From: an uncultured cyanobacterium
GTDB lineage: Bacteria > Cyanobacteriota > Cyanobacteriia > CAKZMO01
NCBI GenBank assembly: GCA_963719515.1
Contig: CAVRCJ010000011.1
Coordinates: forward strand, 352,001 to 416,000
Direction of reading: 5' to 3'
Length of the DNA: 64,000 nt
The notes under the pieces are model-generated. The model was given only the letters and a program-made list of their open reading frames with translations. It had not been told where the DNA came from and did no database searches. Both the position numbers and the translations under genes were made by a program. The number at the start of each line of letters is the position of its first letter. The stretch's first letter is position 1. Positions 61,749 to 64,000 of the stretch are shown in pieces.

Positions 61749-63317
61749 ATGCTACCTTCACCCCACTACAGCAATGTTGACTCTGATTACAGTCTGCTTC
61801 AGGCGTTCATGCCCGAGAACAGCCTATCTGGCCCCCTCGCAGCTGTGGCGCCAACCTCGTTTCAACAGCTCTATCCTGCAGGCCTAGATTCCGCGTTTGG
61901 CGCGATAGACCTCTCCGCCGATACAGCATTCGCGCCAGCCCTATCGGCGATAGTCCCAGGTCTAGAGACAACCGCCGTAACGGACCTCGCGGGCAGCCTT
62001 CCCGAGGGCGATATCAACGCCGCTGCTGGACCTGGGGCTGCTGGACCTGGGACCGCTGGGACTGAGGCTACTGGACCTGAAATAGATCCACCGATTGACG
62101 TCCTGCCCGATCTGACGGGCCTTACCAATCAGCCGCTTATCGGAATTATCGACACGGGGTTCCCCCCAGATATCTTGACGCTCGGGTCAGTCGTGTTTTT
62201 AGGGAGCGATCGCATTGATGCCGACAGCAACCCCCTGGTGCTACTAGAGGACTCGGTGCCTGAAGCGCTAGCGCCCGAAATGCTAGCGCTTGAAACAGTA
62301 GACCCCAGCATCTCAGCAACAATCTCGGGCTATGCAGCCGAGATTGTTGCGGCACCCGATGGCGCAGAACCCCTATGGCTAGGGCGGGCAGACGGATTAG
62401 AAACCTGGGCCGCGTCGCTGATTGAATTTGTCGACACCTCGATTGCTCTAGGATTTGATAGCGCGGTGGTCAGCCTGAATGTGGATTTGGTTGAGCCTAA
62501 TATTCCTGGGCTTGATGCTGGGCTTGATGCGGCCTCACCAGATACCGCTGTCATTTCAGACCCAGCACTCGACGTCTTTTCCAGCGCTGCCGACACCCCT
62601 GATTCTGTCGTCCCGAGGTCGCAGCTGACGCTTGTCGAGCAGGTCGCGCTCAATTATGCCCGTCAAAACAATGTGCTCATCGTCCTACCAGCGGGGGATA
62701 CGACCTCACCCTCTAGCTTCGTTGAAGCGACCCTACCGTTTGACAACGTAGTTACGGTGGGCAGCGCGCCCGATACGCCGCCGCTGAGCTACGGTGACGG
62801 CATTGACCTGCTGACCTCTGGGGAGAAGCTAGCGCCCGCTCTAGAGGCTAGTATTTCGGTGACGGAGGATGGTTCAACCAGTGCCGCTTCAACGAGTACC
62901 GTCTCAGCCAGCGCTGACCCACTTCTCGCCCCGCATCACGATACAGAATCTTCCCTATCGAGTAGCGCAGCGACGGGAGAAGGCGATTTCGTCCTCCTTC
63001 CCAGCGCCGTCCTTGCGGCAGCGCGAGTCACAAGCGCGATCGCCCAAATTTGGAGCGTCAATCCAGACCTCAGCACGCTACAGGTAATCGATACCCTGGT
63101 GACAACCGCTCTCCCTACAGGGGTCCCACCAAATCTGACTCCCGAAGAACCTGATGACGCTCCGCTACTGGAGCCTGGACGCCTAGACCTAGAAACGGCC
63201 TTAGCCACAGCGCCAACGCTAGAAGGCGAAATCTATCTCCCCGAGCCAATAGCCTTTGAGTCATCTGTAGTTTTTGCTGCAGACTTTACCGCAGCCTCAA
63301 GCGACGTTCTAGGATAG
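61749..63317 (+). CDS. Acidic subtilase (S8)-like protein with a degenerate active site
   Basis: IGIIDTG, YARQNNVLIVLPAG, NVVTVG, SYGDGIDL, IWSVNPDLS..QV, GRLD; no HGT or GTS motif. Confidence 0.75.
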   Translation: MLPSPHYSNVDSDYSLLQAFMPENSLSGPLAAVAPTSFQQLYPAGLDSAFGAIDLSADTAFAPALSAIVPGLETTAVTDLAGSLPEGDINAAAGPGAAGPGTAGTEATGPEIDPPIDVLPDLTGLTNQPLIGIIDTGFPPDILTLGSVVFLGSDRIDADSNPLVLLEDSVPEALAPEMLALETVDPSISATISGYAAEIVAAPDGAEPLWLGRADGLETWAASLIEFVDTSIALGFDSAVVSLNVDLVEPNIPGLDAGLDAASPDTAVISDPALDVFSSAADTPDSVVPRSQLTLVEQVALNYARQNNVLIVLPAGDTTSPSSFVEATLPFDNVVTVGSAPDTPPLSYGDGIDLLTSGEKLAPALEASISVTEDGSTSAASTSTVSASADPLLAPHHDTESSLSSSAATGEGDFVLLPSAVLAAARVTSAIAQIWSVNPDLSTLQVIDTLVTTALPTGVPPNLTPEEPDDAPLLEPGRLDLETALATAPTLEGEIYLPEPIAFESSVVFAADFTAASSDVLG

Positions 63318-63334
63318 CCCTTTAGCGCCATCCC

Positions 63335-64000
63335 CTACGGCATCACCGTTTGACAGCGCGAGTGGGCTGAAATGTGCTGGGCGGATTCGGGCGTATGCTT
63401 CAGCAGACCGTACTCCAAGCCCTCTACTACCGCCTGGTAAGAGGCATCTAGAATATTGGTCGAGACGCCTACCGTAGTCCAGCGCTGCTGCCCGTCTCCC
63501 GACTCAATGAGAACGCGGGTTTTTGCTGCGGTGCCAGCGGCTCCGTCGAGAATCCGCACTTTGTAGTCTAGTAGCTGAAACTGAGCGATCGCCGGATAGA
63601 AGCGCGCCAAGGCTTTACGCAGGGCAGCGTCGAGGGCCGACACCGGTCCATTCCCCTCAGCGACTTCTAGCAGGTCTTGATCTCCAACGGTCACCTTTAG
63701 CGTGGCCAGGGAATTGCTGTGCCACAGGTCGGCGCTAGGGGCAACTTCGCAATGCACCTGAAATCCTTTTAGCTCAAATAGGCAGTACCGCTCCCCAATT
63801 GCCCCCCGCATTAGCAGCTCGAAGCTAGCCTCCGCCGCCTCAAACTGGTATCCCCGGCTCTCTAACGTCTTGAGCCGCTGCAGAATCTGCCCACAGGCGG
63901 GGTCCTCCCGCTCAAGCTCGATACCAAAGTGACGGGCCTTAGCCAGCACGTTGCTCAGCCCCGCCTGGTCGGAAATCACGATACGGCGCTGATTGCCGAC
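63335..64000 (-). CDS. cimA: Citramalate synthase, C-terminal part (runs off the window edge)
   Basis: GNQRRIVISDQAG, GYQFEAAEASFEL, EGNGPVSALD, DYKVRIL, WTTVGVS. Confidence 0.88.
   Translation of the reverse strand, partial: VGNQRRIVISDQAGLSNVLAKARHFGIELEREDPACGQILQRLKTLESRGYQFEAAEASFELLMRGAIGERYCLFELKGFQVHCEVAPSADLWHSNSLATLKVTVGDQDLLEVAEGNGPVSALDAALRKALARFYPAIAQFQLLDYKVRILDGAAGTAAKTRVLIESGDGQQRWTTVGVSTNILDASYQAVVEGLEYGLLKHTPESAQHISAHSRCQTVMP

Larger units (their letters stand above)
1..64000. repeat. HIP1 octamer GCGATCGC dispersed throughout the window
   Basis: GCGATCGC recurs many times in genes and intergenic DNA (e.g. 1910, 1945, 3768, 7651); known hallmark of many cyanobacterial genomes. 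Confidence 0.95.

Overview
A 64-kb stretch of a cyanobacterial chromosome, judged from psaF-psaJ, cpcG-cpcS, pex, an hpsA-pseudopilin locus and very frequent HIP1 octamers (GCGATCGC); a filamentous Leptolyngbya-like organism is my inference. Most genes are housekeeping or envelope genes (thrB, lysS, tsaD, clpB, gatA, lipA, ribD, cobA, cbiX, ddl, tRNA nucleotidyltransferase, cimA). Less ordinary items: (1) a 1394-bp tnpA-less IS200/IS605 (IS1341-type) element with a twice-frameshifted tnpB. It is inserted after TTTAA inside a secreted metallo-beta-lactamase-fold gene, precise excision would restore that gene, and the predicted omegaRNA guide targets the restored junction. (2) A 124-bp MITE with 20-bp terminal inverted repeats and a perfect 6-bp target duplication, next to two NtcA-like palindromes in the 1.55-kb gene-free region upstream of pex. 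(3) An intact but apparently catalytically dead subtilase-like protein. (4) An RTX-tailed lipase between lipA and gatA. (5) A tandem pair of paralogous secreted proteins of unknown function. (6) Small ORFs missing from the ORF track. (7) Recurrent short tandem duplications at gene ends. I found no CRISPR array, rRNA or tRNA. Product names come from motif recognition only; no searches were run.
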